A stretch of 64,000 nucleotides of DNA from contig NC_058377.1 in assembly GCF_018350175.1 (NCBI RefSeq), positions 102,052,001 to 102,116,000 on the forward strand, given 5' to 3'. Below the pieces are notes generated by a model. The model made no database searches and had not been told where the DNA came from. It saw only the letters and a program-made list of their open reading frames with translations. Shown here in pieces: positions 1 to 12,105 of the stretch; positions within the stretch are counted from its first letter, which is position 1, and each line of letters starts with the position of its first letter. Origin of the DNA: Felis catus (lineage: Eukaryota). A program made the translations under genes and the position numbers.

Positions 1-379
1 GGGAACAAAGGGCCTTTAATAAGGAACTTAGAGTTTAATTCCTGAAAGTGTCCATCAGGAAGAGTCCTGAGTGCTTGGAGAGATGATTCTAGAGGCTAAA
101 ATGAACCATCTGCAAACAGGTCACCCGGCTAGCCGTCTGTCTGCAAGAGTTGAGTAAACTCATTATGAAAACATTTTTATCTTACCTTTTTACCATGTGA
201 AGTTCTCAGACTGAGCCAGACATAAGAGCTTCTGGAGTCTATGTTTTCGTAACAACTATTCATAACAACAGGGAGAGCCAGAGTCAGTCTAACTAATGCA
301 GCCAAATCACGGTCTACACTGGGGAAAGGCCCCGGGCCATTACTGTCTGGAGCTTTTGTCTCTAGTCCATAGCTCTAAA

Positions 380-492
380 TTTCACAGGGTCTCCATGTTT
401 TCATTTGTAATCTGGGAGCTGTAATAACCTGTCAAAAATGTTTGTTAGGAAGATTCTTTGAGAAAATATAGTCAAATACCCTATGAAAACTC
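380..492 (+). mobile_element. MIR SINE fragment
   Basis: Degenerate MIR core (ttttcatttgtaatctgggagctgtaataacct...). Confidence 0.5.
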
Positions 493-739
493 TCCTTATA
501 TAATCCCTCCTGGAGGCTCTGTTTTAAGATTTTCTTAAGCTCAAAAGAGCTACCATTTTTAGAGTGGTAAGTAAGTTTCTGCCATCTGGTTTGAAGAATG
601 AAATTTGCCTTTGCAAGAGTCTATCATTCTTGGAGGGAGCTCGTCAGCATATTTAGCTTTGCAGATGTTAGGTGAGCATTCATTTTTTGTTTATTTGTTT
701 TTCAGAGAAAGACCTGAATAAATCACTCTAGGTTATTGT

Positions 740-1110
740 CCAAGGATTGAACTGGCTTCAGTTTCATTTTGATACACAGACTCAAATAACAACATCCAGA
801 CTTAATTTCTTTGCATCATTTAGCTGTGCCTCCTTCCTGGGTTGTCCTCAGTCTCTAGCTGGTCTCCCTCCTGATAAAAAATGTCTATAGCAGCCACACA
901 TGATTGAAACCAGTGGTGGACAGAAGGCATTTCTTTCCAGGAATTACAGAAAATATCTCCTCAGAGCTTACTGGCTCAGCTTAGATTGTGTGCCCCTCTT
1001 TGAAACAATTGCAGAGGGGAGGGATAATCAGCTCATGCCGAAGACTCTGGAGGTGGAGCTAATCCTTCCCGACCACAAAACTAGTGGGAAGAATGGCCTG
1101 CCGGGGGAAA
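740..1110 (-). mobile_element. Old MLT1 (J/K-like) MaLR LTR fragment
   Basis: cagactcaaataacaacatccagac...actggctcagcttagattgtgtgcccctctttgaaacaatt resembles antisense MLT1J/K. Confidence 0.55.
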
Positions 1111-1989
1111 TTTACTAAAATAAGAGAGATTAAACACTAGACCACAAGTGATAGATGTCCACTTAATTGGGGAAAGCGAGATTCCTATGCACATCATTTT
1201 AATACAACGTTGATTAAGATGGGCCAGGTAAAGGTGTGGGCAAAGGGCAGGGAGCAGAGAGAGCTTGATTCTGAGAAGGATCCAGGAATGTCACTTCGAC
1301 TTGAGCACTGGTCTTGATTCTGCTACCAGCACAGTGGAAGCTGGTCTTATCTCATCTTCAGGCGACCCAGGTTCCAGCTGCTACTCCACGACCAGCCTGT
1401 CATGTCATATATACCAATGTAGTTCTCCTCCATACAGGTTCCTTGCCTACCAAATAAATAAATAAATAAATATGTGATCTTAAACTCTTAAGCCTCTCCA
1501 GTTCTAACTTTGTAGGATTCTTATGGTGGCATCCTCCTTTTCTGCCCTCAGGCGCCCAGATACCCATGCATCCCTTACACTGTGATGCTTCAGCTGGTCC
1601 TGCCCTCTCTGGGTTCTGCTCTGTCATCAACCGGCCTGACATCAACTGCTTTTCTGGGTAATGAAAGATACGGGATTGTTATTTGCATTTTGACAGAAGC
1701 CTTCTAAAACTTGTGCTTTAACATAACAGATTTATTACAAGAATGGAAATTTGAGTATTTTGTTTTTAATCAAGTGGGTGGGACATAGGGCCTTTCTGAA
1801 ACCATCCATGAACTTGGCTGCCTTCACATACAGCTAGCAATAGAATAATTAGGAAAACCAGACTTGGGGAAGCCAAGATTTCAGACTTTGATATTTATAT
1901 AATGTAGAGGGCAACAAACATATTAAAGAACTTTTTATACAAGCATTTGTAATTCCTCTTTGACATAGGAGCTTTGAGTTACCTCTAAG

Positions 1990-2370
1990 GTCATTTCCCT
2001 GAAGCAAGCATGGAGACCTTGTGAATTATGAGGTCGTGCTTTGACAGTGACACATTGTCTTGTGTGGCTCAGAGAGAACATGAAGGAATTGCCCTAAGGA
2101 GAGAACTGATGTCTCTGGTCAACAGCCCTCAAGAGCTGATGGCTCATTTGCCAACAGCCACATGAGTGAGCTTCAAAGAGGATCTTCCTCCATAGAGCCT
2201 TGAAATAAGATCACAGATCTGGCTAACACCAGTAAGACCCTGAGCCAGAAACCCTCAGCTAAGCCACATCTGGATTCTAGACTTGAAGAACTGATAGGAT
2301 AATAACTGTCCTTTATTTTAAACCACTAAGTTTTGGGGTAATTTGTTATACAACAATAGAAAACTCATAT
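1990..2370 (+). mobile_element. MLT1 (F/G-like) MaLR LTR
   Basis: gccaacagccacatgagtgagctt...gaccctgagccagaaaccctcagctaagccaca; typical 3' end aaccactaagttttggggtaatttgttatacaacaatagaaaactcatata. Confidence 0.8.
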
Positions 2371-2405
2371 AATAAAAGTAATCAAAGATGCCTTTCAGAA
2401 TCTTG

Positions 2406-2408
<3 letters not shown>

Positions 2409-2437
<29 letters not shown>
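2409..2437 (+). repeat. Poly(A)29 mononucleotide tract
   Basis: Directly visible run of 29 A. Confidence 0.95.
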
Positions 2438-2442
<5 letters not shown>

Positions 2443-2636
2443 TCCTTCTTGCCCTATATCTGTCTCTTACTCTACAAATCACTTCTGGACATTTGCCATG
2501 CTTTAAAAGTCCACTATTTTTCAGGCAATTGCTGGTCTAAACAATTTGATAATTTCCATGAAATGTGCTCTTTCCAAGAAATTGTATAGGTATCCATATC
2601 TCAGAAAGGTTTTTTTCTCATTAAAAAGGTAGTCCT

Positions 2637-2799
2637 GGGGCACCTGGGTGGCTTAGTTGGTTAAGCGTCCAACTTCGGCTCACGTCATGATCTCACAGTT
2701 CATGGGTTCGAACCCCATGTCAGGCTCTGTGCTGACAACTCAGAGCCTGGAGCCTGCTTCGGATTCTGTGTCTCCCTCTGTCTCTACTCCCCCGCTTGT

Positions 2800-2847
<48 letters not shown>

Positions 2848-2902
2848 TCTCTCAAAAACAAACAAGTGTTTAAAAATAAATTTTTTTAATAAAATTCATT
2901 TT
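2637..2902 (+). mobile_element. Can-SINE (feline SINEC type)
   Basis: ggggcacctgggtggcttagttggttaagc tRNA-derived head, (CT)n tract, A-rich tail; imperfect TSD aaaa(g/t)gtagtc. Confidence 0.95.
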
Positions 2903-3654
2903 TAAAATGTAGTCTCTGGGAAGTTGTGATAAAACACTTTTATATTTTAACATTTATATTTCTAACATATATATGTTTTGTATATTATATGTATAGCTCC
3001 CACAGGATTCTGTTTGCAGGCACCTTAGTTAAGATGAATTTGCATTTTATATTAAGAAGTCTGGACTATAAGAAGAGGAACAAAGTCCATTCAAATACCC
3101 TAAAACAGCTGGTGAGTGAAAGCTTATAAACCCCACTGACTCCCAAGAGATCATTTGGGGTCATCAGCTGACATTTTTAACAACCTTTTCACCTACTCAT
3201 CATGTTCTTCCCAAGCCCCAGCATAACCATCACAAGTAAGTGGCTTCATTTACCAAAAAGCAGGGGTCCAGCCCTTAGGAAGAGTCCCCATGGTGACTCT
3301 TAACTTTGAAAGGTCACAGCTGCTGCTAGAAGAAGAGATATTATTGTCCCTGGGACATCATTGGGACTCTATTAATATTCCATCAAAGTCCTCTAAGGTT
3401 TCTCTCTGTGTCTGAATCCTTCATTGGTTTGGTGTTAGACATTATACAATTCACTTCATCCTTCGAATTCCAATGGACTTTTAGTCAAATCAACACAAAC
3501 ATTTTTTGTGCATCTGTTTGTTAGGGCAAGGGGAGTTGGGGTGAAGGGAAAGACAAAAACGACTAAAACCCAGAAGTTGTTGCTACAAGGTCAGAGACTG
3601 TACAGACCTGGATAAACAGGTTCAGCAGTAGTTTGACAATGACCTTGAGGGCAC

Positions 3655-3790
3655 TGGAGTAGAAAGCTGAAGAACTAGAATGTTAACTTCAGCTGGGCCT
3701 CTAGACCCCACATGTGCGTGGGCAAGTGACTTCCTTCTCCAGGCCTCGGTTTTTTCACCTGTACAGGAAAGAATTTGGGCTGGATCAGGG
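3655..3790 (+). mobile_element. MIR/MIR3 fragment
   Basis: gggcaagtgacttccttctccaggcctcggttttttcacctgta core. Confidence 0.7.
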
Positions 3791-3791
3791 A

Positions 3792-4657
3792 TGCTGAAGT
3801 CGGAGTCTAGGATAGCCTCCCAAGATTCCCATCACCCAGCGTACACACTCTGTATAACACAGTCCTCGTGAATACAGGTGGGATCTATGTATGGAAGGGC
3901 TCTCGCTCCCATCAGTAAGTTATATTCTAAGGAAAAATATTTTTAAAGATGTAATTAAGGTCCCAAATTAGTTGATTTTTCAGTTAATCAAAAGGGGGAT
4001 TATCTGACTTAATCTTTCTTGAAAAGAGAGACTGAGGGGCGCCTGGGTGGCTCAGTCAGTTAAGCGGCTGACTTCGGCTCAGGTCATGATCTCTCGGTCC
4101 GTGAGTTCGACCCCCACGTCGGGCTCTGTGCTGACAGCTCGGAGCCTGAAGCCTGTTTCAGATTCTGTGTCTCCCTCTCTCTGACTCTCCCCTGTTCATG
4201 CTCTGTCTCTCGCTGTCTCAAAAATAAATAAAACGTTAAAAAAAATTAAAAGTCTTTCTTGAAAGACTTTTCTTTCTTGAACATATTTTCCTGCACACCT
4301 GGAAGAACAGAGTTGCTGTGTAGTGAGCAAGACTGGCACACAGAGGATCTCTGTGGGTCCTTGAGAGCTGAGAGTGACCTCCCTCTGACAGCCTGCAAAA
4401 AAATGGGGACCTCAGTCCTGTGACTGCAAAGAAATGAATCTGGCCAACAACTACGTGAGTGTGAAAGAACACCTGAGCTCCAGGAAAGAACAGCCAACAT
4501 TTTGATTGCAATTTTGTGGGACCTTGAGCAGAGGGCCCAGATAAGCCCAGCGTGCCCAGACTCCTAACCCACAGAAGCTGTGAGATAATAAATATATGTT
4601 GTTAGAAGCTGCCAATTTTGCATTAATCTGTTTCACAGTAAATGGAAAATGAGTATA
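3792..4657 (+). mobile_element. MLT1E-like LTR interrupted by a SINE
   Basis: gatgtaattaaggtcccaaattagttga...aatcaaaagggggattatc; later gaccttgagcagagggcccag...cccacagaagctgtgagataataaat. Confidence 0.85.
4036..4251 (+). mobile_element. Can-SINE (SINEC_Fc-like)
   Basis: ggggcgcctgggtggctcagtcagttaagcg...aaaataaataaaacgttaaaaaaa; lies inside MLT1E. Confidence 0.97.
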
Positions 4658-4892
4658 GATTCTAAATGAGTTCCATCTCACCTGCTAATTCTAACAATTC
4701 ATAATGTCTGCCTGGAGCACCATATTGGAAAGGATTCAAAATCCTTTTGTAGATTAAGCTACAGAAAGTGTCATAATTAATTAATAATACCTACCATGGG
4801 GGTTATTAGTTTGGACTCCTGTGATTGTAAGCAACAGAAAATATCACCTAAATTAGCTTAAGGAGGGAGAAGGAATTGTTAGATCTGGCATT

Positions 4893-4992
4893 TCTTCAGC
4901 AAATATTTACTGAACCCTACTGTATGAGATGTTCTAAGCACTGAAGTTACAAAAAAGATGAGTCCCTGACCTCAGAGCTCACATTTTAGAGG
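4893..4992 (-). mobile_element. L2 3' end fragment
   Basis: cagcaaatatttactgaaccctactgtatg...tccctgacctcagagctcacattt. Confidence 0.7.
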
Positions 4993-5192
4993 TCATGGGA
5001 ACTAGAGACTTGGGTTCTTGAAAAGAGACTCCAAGCCCTCAATGGCAGCCCCATGGAGGAAATCACAGACTATTGGAGAACATTCCTCAGATCACATCAA
5101 AGCTGGAAGAGCCTGTACCTTTCCACCAAGTGCCCATCAGTTTCCCACAAGTAGCAAGGATCTAAGACCCAGGGTGCTCTCTCTGATAATCA

Positions 5193-5420
5193 TGTGATAT
5201 CATGGAAAGAGCACGGAACTTAAAGTCAGTGTCACCAGGATTCAAATCCTGGCTCTGCCACTAATTATGGGATCATCGATGAGGTACCATATTCTTTGGA
5301 GCCCCTCATCTATAAAAGTGGGGATAATGACACCCACCTACAAGTTCTTGTGTGATTGAGTGAGATAACAGGACACATGGCAATACCTAACAGACACCTA
5401 GTAATGAACGGGAATAACAG
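5193..5420 (+). mobile_element. MIR
   Basis: ggaaagagcacggaac...ggattcaaatcctggctctgccact...ctcatctataaaagtggggataat. Confidence 0.85.
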
Positions 5421-5499
5421 GTGGAGCCTGCACTGTGGCATGAACACGCACTGGCATATTGGACCAGGAGCCACAAGTCCTACACAGTCTACAGGCTGA

Positions 5500-5787
5500 T
5501 GTAGATGATAGTTAGGACCCTGGAATTTGGACCAGACTCTCTTGGTTAGAATCCCAGCTCCACCATTTACTAGCTGTAAGGCGTATTTGAATTTCATAAG
5601 TTACATGAATTTCAAAGTTATTTGAACATTCCATGTCTCATTTTTGTCTCTCTGTAAAATCAAGATAATAATAGTCCCTAATTCATAGGGCTCTTGTGAG
5701 AGTAGAATGAGTTGAATAGATGTAAAACCCTCAGAACAATGTCTAACACGTTCATACTCAATAAATGTTAGCGATTATCGTTATTAT
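5500..5787 (+). mobile_element. MIR
   Basis: aatcccagctccaccatttactagctgt...ctgtaaaatcaagataataatagt...ctcaataaatgttagcgattat. Confidence 0.85.
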
Positions 5788-6040
5788 TCATCCATCCAAC
5801 ACATATTTGTTGTTCCAAGAGCTATGTTAGGGGCTAGAATTGCATGAACGTATATGCTTTGCTCCTTGGAGGATCTCAGCACAAACAGATAAATAGATTC
5901 TTTTAATTACAAAATGAAATCATAATCACAGCAACAGAAGACTTGAAATACTGTGGGAGTCCAGAAGAGGGAGCCTAACATTGGAAGAAGGATAGAGTCT
6001 TCCCAAAGAAGGGAACATGGCAACTGTACCTTATTTTAAT
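5788..6040 (-). mobile_element. L2 3' fragment
   Basis: tcatccatccaacacatatttg...gctatgttaggggctaga. Confidence 0.6.
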
Positions 6041-6857
6041 AAGCCATACAGACAGGAAAGCCAAAAAGAACGGGGGAGGGAGGCAAAGCCGCTGAAAAAT
6101 TAAAAAGATCCCTACCTGAGAAACATCACGCTGAGGGAAAGAAAGTAAGAATGAGATTCCTAACGCTATACAATTGCTGAAATACCAAGACTTGCATACA
6201 AAATGACCACTTAAATTTTGCAAAATCACATACAAAAAATCAAAAATTCTCATGAAATATACTGAATGGGAGTGTCGAGAAGAAAATATAAACGCATAAA
6301 TAACAATTTAAAGAGAAAGAAAACAAGATCATGAACACCCAACGGTGGTGATGCATCATCAGCTGGGCGTGGGAGTGGGGGAGCAAAATATGTGGAAATT
6401 TGCCAGCGAATATTGCATCTGAAATTCTGGAAGGGTCAGATCACTGTTGGTGAAACAAGGCATCACATCATTTGATCTGAATTCTCAAAGGTAAAGTTAT
6501 GAGCAGTGCATACACATGCTCAGACACACAAGTTTAATTGTGAAGACGAACACAGGCCCACCTGGGCCATCAGGAAAGGATGCTTCAGGTCTGCACTAGC
6601 CTACCTGGCCCACTTATGAGTTATAAACTGGTGCTTGCCCTGGACAAACTCGGTAGTAACAGAGCACACAGGTCAGCAAGCAAGAGTGGAACCTGGATGT
6701 CGGCACCACGAATGCCCTCAGCAGGGCATCCTTGTGCAGAATGCAGCTGCACAACCCTCCTAGAAGGTCCTGCAGATCAAGCCTCCAGAAAAATCATGAG
6801 CAGCCCTAAACCACACACACTACAAAGAAGCAAAGGCACAGAAGGTGCAGATGGTGA

Positions 6858-6876
6858 GAGCGCCCCCTTCTGGCAG
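6858..6876 (-). promoter_or_regulatory. Candidate CTCF core motif
   Basis: Minus strand ctgCCAGAAGGGGGCGCtc matches CCNSNAGRKGGCRS in non-repeat sequence. Confidence 0.55.
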
Positions 6877-7544
6877 ATCCATGAGCACTGAGCCTCGGAG
6901 TGGGAAAATTGCCAACATCAGCCTCCCACGTCAGAGCATTTCCTGCACTTGGGAAAGACTGTCTCTTGCAATGGGAGATAACATCCCGTCATCTTCAAAT
7001 GAAATGTCTACGGTGTTGCTCTAGGAATTCCCATGACTTTTTTAACTTCAGATCATTTTCCCCCTGGCCAAGACAATGTAACCCATACTCTGCCTTTCTT
7101 TCTCTGGCCTAGGATCTTTATGGAGAAGCTACACCCGCATTCTAAACTGGAAATAATGGGTGGATGTTAACATGTGGCAAAGGGAGAAGACGTAATGCGA
7201 AGAAATGGAAGATGAGATACGGAGGGATTAAAGGAATAAGCAGCCTGAAGTGGTAAAGAACAAATCCTAATCAAAGTGGTTTCTTTACTTAATACAAAAG
7301 ATTAAAAATCTGAAAAGGACTTTTACATCCATTTACATCATAAGTTAATGGGATCTTCACAACAGTCCTGAAGAATCAATATTAAAATCATGAGTAGTGC
7401 TGGAGGGGGAAGAAGGGACATCACGAAGGGCAGGATGGGAGGGATCAAATCTCAAGGTCGGGAGGCCATGGCTGGCTCCTTACCAGAGGAGAAAGCATTT
7501 TTAACTGTAGAAGGACATAGCAGGCACTCAGACACTGCTAATAG

Positions 7545-7730
7545 GGTTGTAGACTTTGCAGACAAATGGATCTGGATTCCAGCCAGCTAGAGATTTGGAA
7601 AGTCCATAGTCATTCTGAGCTAATTTTCTTATTTACAAAAGGGGATATAATAATACCCACATTATAGGGTTACTTGGAGGGATAAATGTTTACAAAGTGC
7701 CTATAACCATTCAATAAATAGAAGCTACTA
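7545..7730 (+). mobile_element. MIR
   Basis: ttctgagctaattttcttatttacaaaaggggatataataatacc...tcaataaatagaagcta. Confidence 0.7.
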
Positions 7731-7880
7731 TTCATTCATGTACTCAATTAATATTACTGAATGCTTTTTTGAGTCAATCACTGATCCAAGCCCAGGGTAC
7801 AATGTTTGGCAAGAAATAGACATAGTAATTGTCCTCATGAAACATACAGTCTTGTGGGTACACAGGCAACAATAGAATAA
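7731..7880 (-). mobile_element. L2 3' end fragment
   Basis: ttcattcat...tattactgaatgc...tgtcctcatgaaacatacagtct. Confidence 0.65.
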
Positions 7881-7984
7881 TTGCCAAAATAGGTATTAAT
7901 CATAAATTATTCTAAGTCACTCTATCCTACCACTTTTTCACTATGTCTCATGTCTCATGTCTCATGTCCTTCCTTCTTTAGCTT

Positions 7985-10118
7985 ACCTTCCATGGTCAAT
8001 CACCATTGCAATCTTCTGGGAACACACTTTCAACACCTTTGTCCCTCTCTTGCTTTGTCATATTCACTTGGTTAAAGCATAGCTCTAATCCAACCCGCTG
8101 AAACCTCTGCACTGTTACCCATTCAACTAACAGAAACACAGGCTACCATGTTGGCTGGTCCCACTCTATCCTCTCACCATCCCAAAGCCCCTGCTGCTAT
8201 CTGGCAACCACACTGAGTGTCCTCAGTCCATCCCACTCTCTTAGCCAACTGTTTCATCCCATCTCTTCTCTCCTCCAACCTCTAACATGACTGCCCCATC
8301 CTTCCTCACAGCTAGAAAATCCAGTTATTTCACAGAAAATTAAAAAGAACTTCTGCAATTTTTCTTGACCAAATCTTACCCGCCTGCCTGATTCTCTGTC
8401 CATCTACTCCTACCATCCCTCCCACGCTCACGCTCCTATTTAAAGCTAACCTCTCTATTTGCACACCAAATCCCATCTCTTCTTGCCTAGTCATGAACAT
8501 CGTTGTTGGCATTTTCTCCTTCCTCTTTTACAGCTTCAGCTTCCCCCTTTCTCCTGGACCATTCCCATCAGCATCCAAATGTGATGCTCTTTCTCCCAAT
8601 ATTAATATAACACACACACACCCAAAATCCTTACTGGTCCATCCCTTTTCTTCTCTTTACAGCAAAACTCACCAAAAGAGTTGTCTAAACTCACTGTGTC
8701 TAAATTTTTTCTTCCCATTCCCACTTAAATCTACTCCAAACAAGTTTTTGTCACAACTGCTTTTCTCAAGATCACCAGTAACTTCATGTGGCTAATTGCA
8801 ATGCCCAATCCTCAGTCCTGAGCTTACCTCACCTTTCATTAGCACTTAACACAGTTGGTGATTCTCTTATACCTCAAACACTTTCTTCACTTGGCCTCCA
8901 GTTGCCTGGTTTTTCTCTGACCTCCCTAGCTGTTCAACCTGCTTCACTGGTTCCTCCATATGTCCTTGGCCGACTAAGTGAAAGAGAGTCCTAGGGATCA
9001 GTCCTTGAATCTCTATTTTTATCCATAGGCATTCGTAGCTTTAATACCATTTAATACCATCGATGCCCATGACTTCCAAACTCATATGTCTAACCCAGAT
9101 CTCTCCCCCTTTTGAGTAATTATACTCAACAATTACTCTACACCTCTACTGGAGTATCTAATGGATATTTCAAATTTAACATAAATATTGCAAATCCCCA
9201 GATAGTCCCCCTAAAACCTGTTCCTCCTGCACCATTTCTGATCTCATTTAACAGTGGATCCATGTTTCCAGTTTCTCAGATAAAACACACTGGGGTCATC
9301 CTTAATTCTTATCTTTCCCCACATTCAGTATGTCAGAACATCCTCTCAGATACAGTCTCTTCTTTTGCCTATATCTTCAAGATATATCCTGAATTCTATT
9401 GCTTCCCACTATTTCCTCTGCTATGACCCTGATTTCAGCCAAGCTACAATCACCTCTCCTTCTGTATCTTTGTAATAATTGCCTAACTTATCTCCCTGCT
9501 TCTGTATGTATCCTCCTACAAGCTATTCCCCACACAGGAGCCAGAGGAGCATGCTAAAACAAGTCAGATCTTGTCTCCCTCTCTCTGCTTAAGACCCTCC
9601 AATGGGTCCTAAGCCAAGCTCCTTACCACATGCTCCAGGGCTACAAGGCTGACCCTATCACCTCTTTAACCCCAGCACCAACCACCCCATGTCCCTCACT
9701 CCATTCCAGCCATCCTGGCCTCTTGCAACTTTTCCAAAATGCCAAACTTGCCTCTGCTCCTGGATCCTCACCCTGGCTGTATTCCCTCTGCCTGCAATTC
9801 TCCCAGACATTGGTCGTCCTCGCTCCCTCACTTCCTCCAGGTCTTTACTCAAATGTTGGCTTCTCACTGAGGCTTGTCCTGTATACCTCACCTAAAATTC
9901 ATCCTCATATACACACATTCCCTTACTCCTGTCCTCACCTTTTATTTTCCTCCTTCAGAGGAGGAAAATTACTATAATTTACTATGTATATTTGTTTTGA
10001 ATCAAACTATGAGCTTGATGAAGACAGAGATTCTTGCCTGTTTCCCTTATTACCATCTATCTGGAGCCTAGAACAGTATTTAGTGCACAGTAACTTTGAA
10101 GGAAGGAATGAATGAATA
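7985..10118 (+). mobile_element. L2 LINE, ~2.1 kb 3' portion including a decayed ORF2 reverse-transcriptase region
   Basis: ORF 8788-8994 SSVLSLPHLSLALNTVGDSLIPQTLSSLG resembles L2 RT (..SVLILLDLSAAFDTVDH..); ORF 9112-9426 has GVILNSYLS; ends cctagaacagta...gaatgaatgaat. Confidence 0.9.
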
Positions 10119-10794
10119 TGGAACCTGAGTTTCCAGTAACTTTAGTAATTTCTCCCAATTACAAATGTGACAACTAGTAAGTGTCACAGCTAGAACGCAA
10201 GCCTCTTCTCAGGACGCCCATGTTTTCAAGATGGGCATCTATCCTTCCCAAGCCAGGATAGAAAACTCTCCATCCCTGTTTGGAAGAGGCTGCCCAAGAT
10301 TCCCATTCTTCCTGAATTCTCATAAAATATTTATAATCCTATGAAATAAGTTTTCCTGGTGCTCCTGCTAGGACTTATTATTCATCTTTAATTTAGTCGA
10401 TCCAAACAGACAGAAGAAGAGTTGCTGCCCTATGAATAAAGAAGCACATAAACAGCTCCCTAAATTCCAAGTTGCAATTAACAATTCCAGGGAGCAAAGT
10501 GACTTTATATACACCAAGACAGCAATTAACCAACCCTGCTATAAGTACTACGCCCACAAAGAAGACCAGGCCTTATCTCAATTCACAAGGCCACCACGAA
10601 ACGAAAATCCATTCGTGGAAACTGAACTTGATATAGCTCTCCCCTTCAGGGCACCATTATCTAGAAATTCAGTGTCCTGACTGGCCTGGGAATTTTGTAT
10701 TAAGCTGATAGAATTTCCACATTTGCTGAGCACTAAACTGTATGCAAGGCAGTCTATTCTGTTGAGAGATGGGTATAAGATAAAAATTAAAAAA

Positions 10795-11010
10795 TAATAC
10801 CATTTTGAAATGTATTATGTGTTGAACTAAGAGCTTGGTAATCAGTATATCATTTAATCCTTGCAGCAACTCTGCAACATGGTATAATGTCCACATTATG
10901 ACTAGGAGCTAAGTCAGCTCATCTTCCTACAGGCCATAGACAAATAAATACCACAGTGGAAATTCCAATCCAAGTCCCTCTGACTCCATGTGTCCTTACC
11001 TAGTATGCCA
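10795..11010 (-). mobile_element. MIR
   Basis: atcatttaatccttgcagcaactctg...aattccaatccaagtccctctgactcca. Confidence 0.7.
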
Positions 11011-12105
11011 CACCAGCTTTAGCTAAGATGGTTAAGAAGTTAAGAGTTAAGAAGTTAAGTTAAAATTCAGACTCACTCCTTGTTCCCAGAAGCTGAGATT
11101 TCCAACAGAAAAACATCTACCTCTGATTTTTTGTGTGTGCTGATCACTGGAATGATACCTGTCAGGGAAAACATGTATCCTCTATGCATAAGACATTTGA
11201 ATTATGTTTGAATTATAGGAAAGGTTAAAAGACTGATATGAGGAAAAGGTAATCCCAAGGGGAAGAGACCTAACCTGAAAAAAGAGAAAATCTTGAATCA
11301 ACTAAAGCAACGATCTTCATATGTACAAGATCAAAGGTACATACACATCCCCACTCTGCAGAAGAGATCAATAACTATACCCTAACAGGAGGACCCTCAC
11401 ACTAAACTCCCACACATGCCATCTGTTTGGAATTGTTAAAGGAATAAAGACAGCATCAGCCCCTAAAGTTCACTCCCTTTGACCTGAAGGCCTCCGTCTT
11501 TTTATCTTAAGATCTGAACTTCCAGATAGGCAATGGGTTAACAACTTGCATCTAAAAGCTAAAAGCCCCTAGGAAAATTACAATCTATAAATCACACCTC
11601 ACTCTGTATTGATTTACTCCCTTGGCTTCCTTCTGACCCAGCTGAGAGCTAGCATCTGATGCACAGAGTATTGATGGGGAGGAAGGAGGGGGAAGGAAGA
11701 GGAAGAAGTAATTGTAGAACCTGAAATAGACCCCAAAGGGGCAGGTCTGAGTGAAGTCCTGAGGCTGAGATGTCTGTGAGAGCTTAGACACAGGAAAGGA
11801 TGAGACCAATGCTAGGAAGAAGGAATCATTACAAGGCACCGAAACCCAATTCAAACCGGCCTAAGCAAATTAGGGAATCGACTGGATCATGTCTCAGGTC
11901 TAAACTGTGAAGTAGCTAAATGTGCAGGCTTTGGCACCACTTTGTCTGAGGTAAGATCTCTGCTCAAACCCTTACTCACCATAGGACCTTGAGCGTGTTA
12001 ACCTAACTTCTCTGGGCCTTACTTCGCTCATGTGGGTGAGGCCACGATGATAAATTCATGCCTACTTCATTGATTCGTTGTGGGGATTGGGTAAATCAAC
12101 ACATG

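Noticed and set aside
2657-2905. Recurrent ORFs with SAQVMIS / SGHDL / LEPASDSVSPS peptides (also 32967, 43952, 56966)
   Set aside because: These are translations of Can-SINEs, not genes.
4036-4110. tRNA-like A/B-box sequences
   Set aside because: They are the tRNA-derived heads of Can-SINEs, followed by CT tracts and A tails; not tRNA genes.
5750-5830. MIR/L2 tail-to-tail junction as a miR-28/151-type hairpin
   Set aside because: Pairing is too poor by eye, and I recognised no known mature miRNA anywhere in the window.
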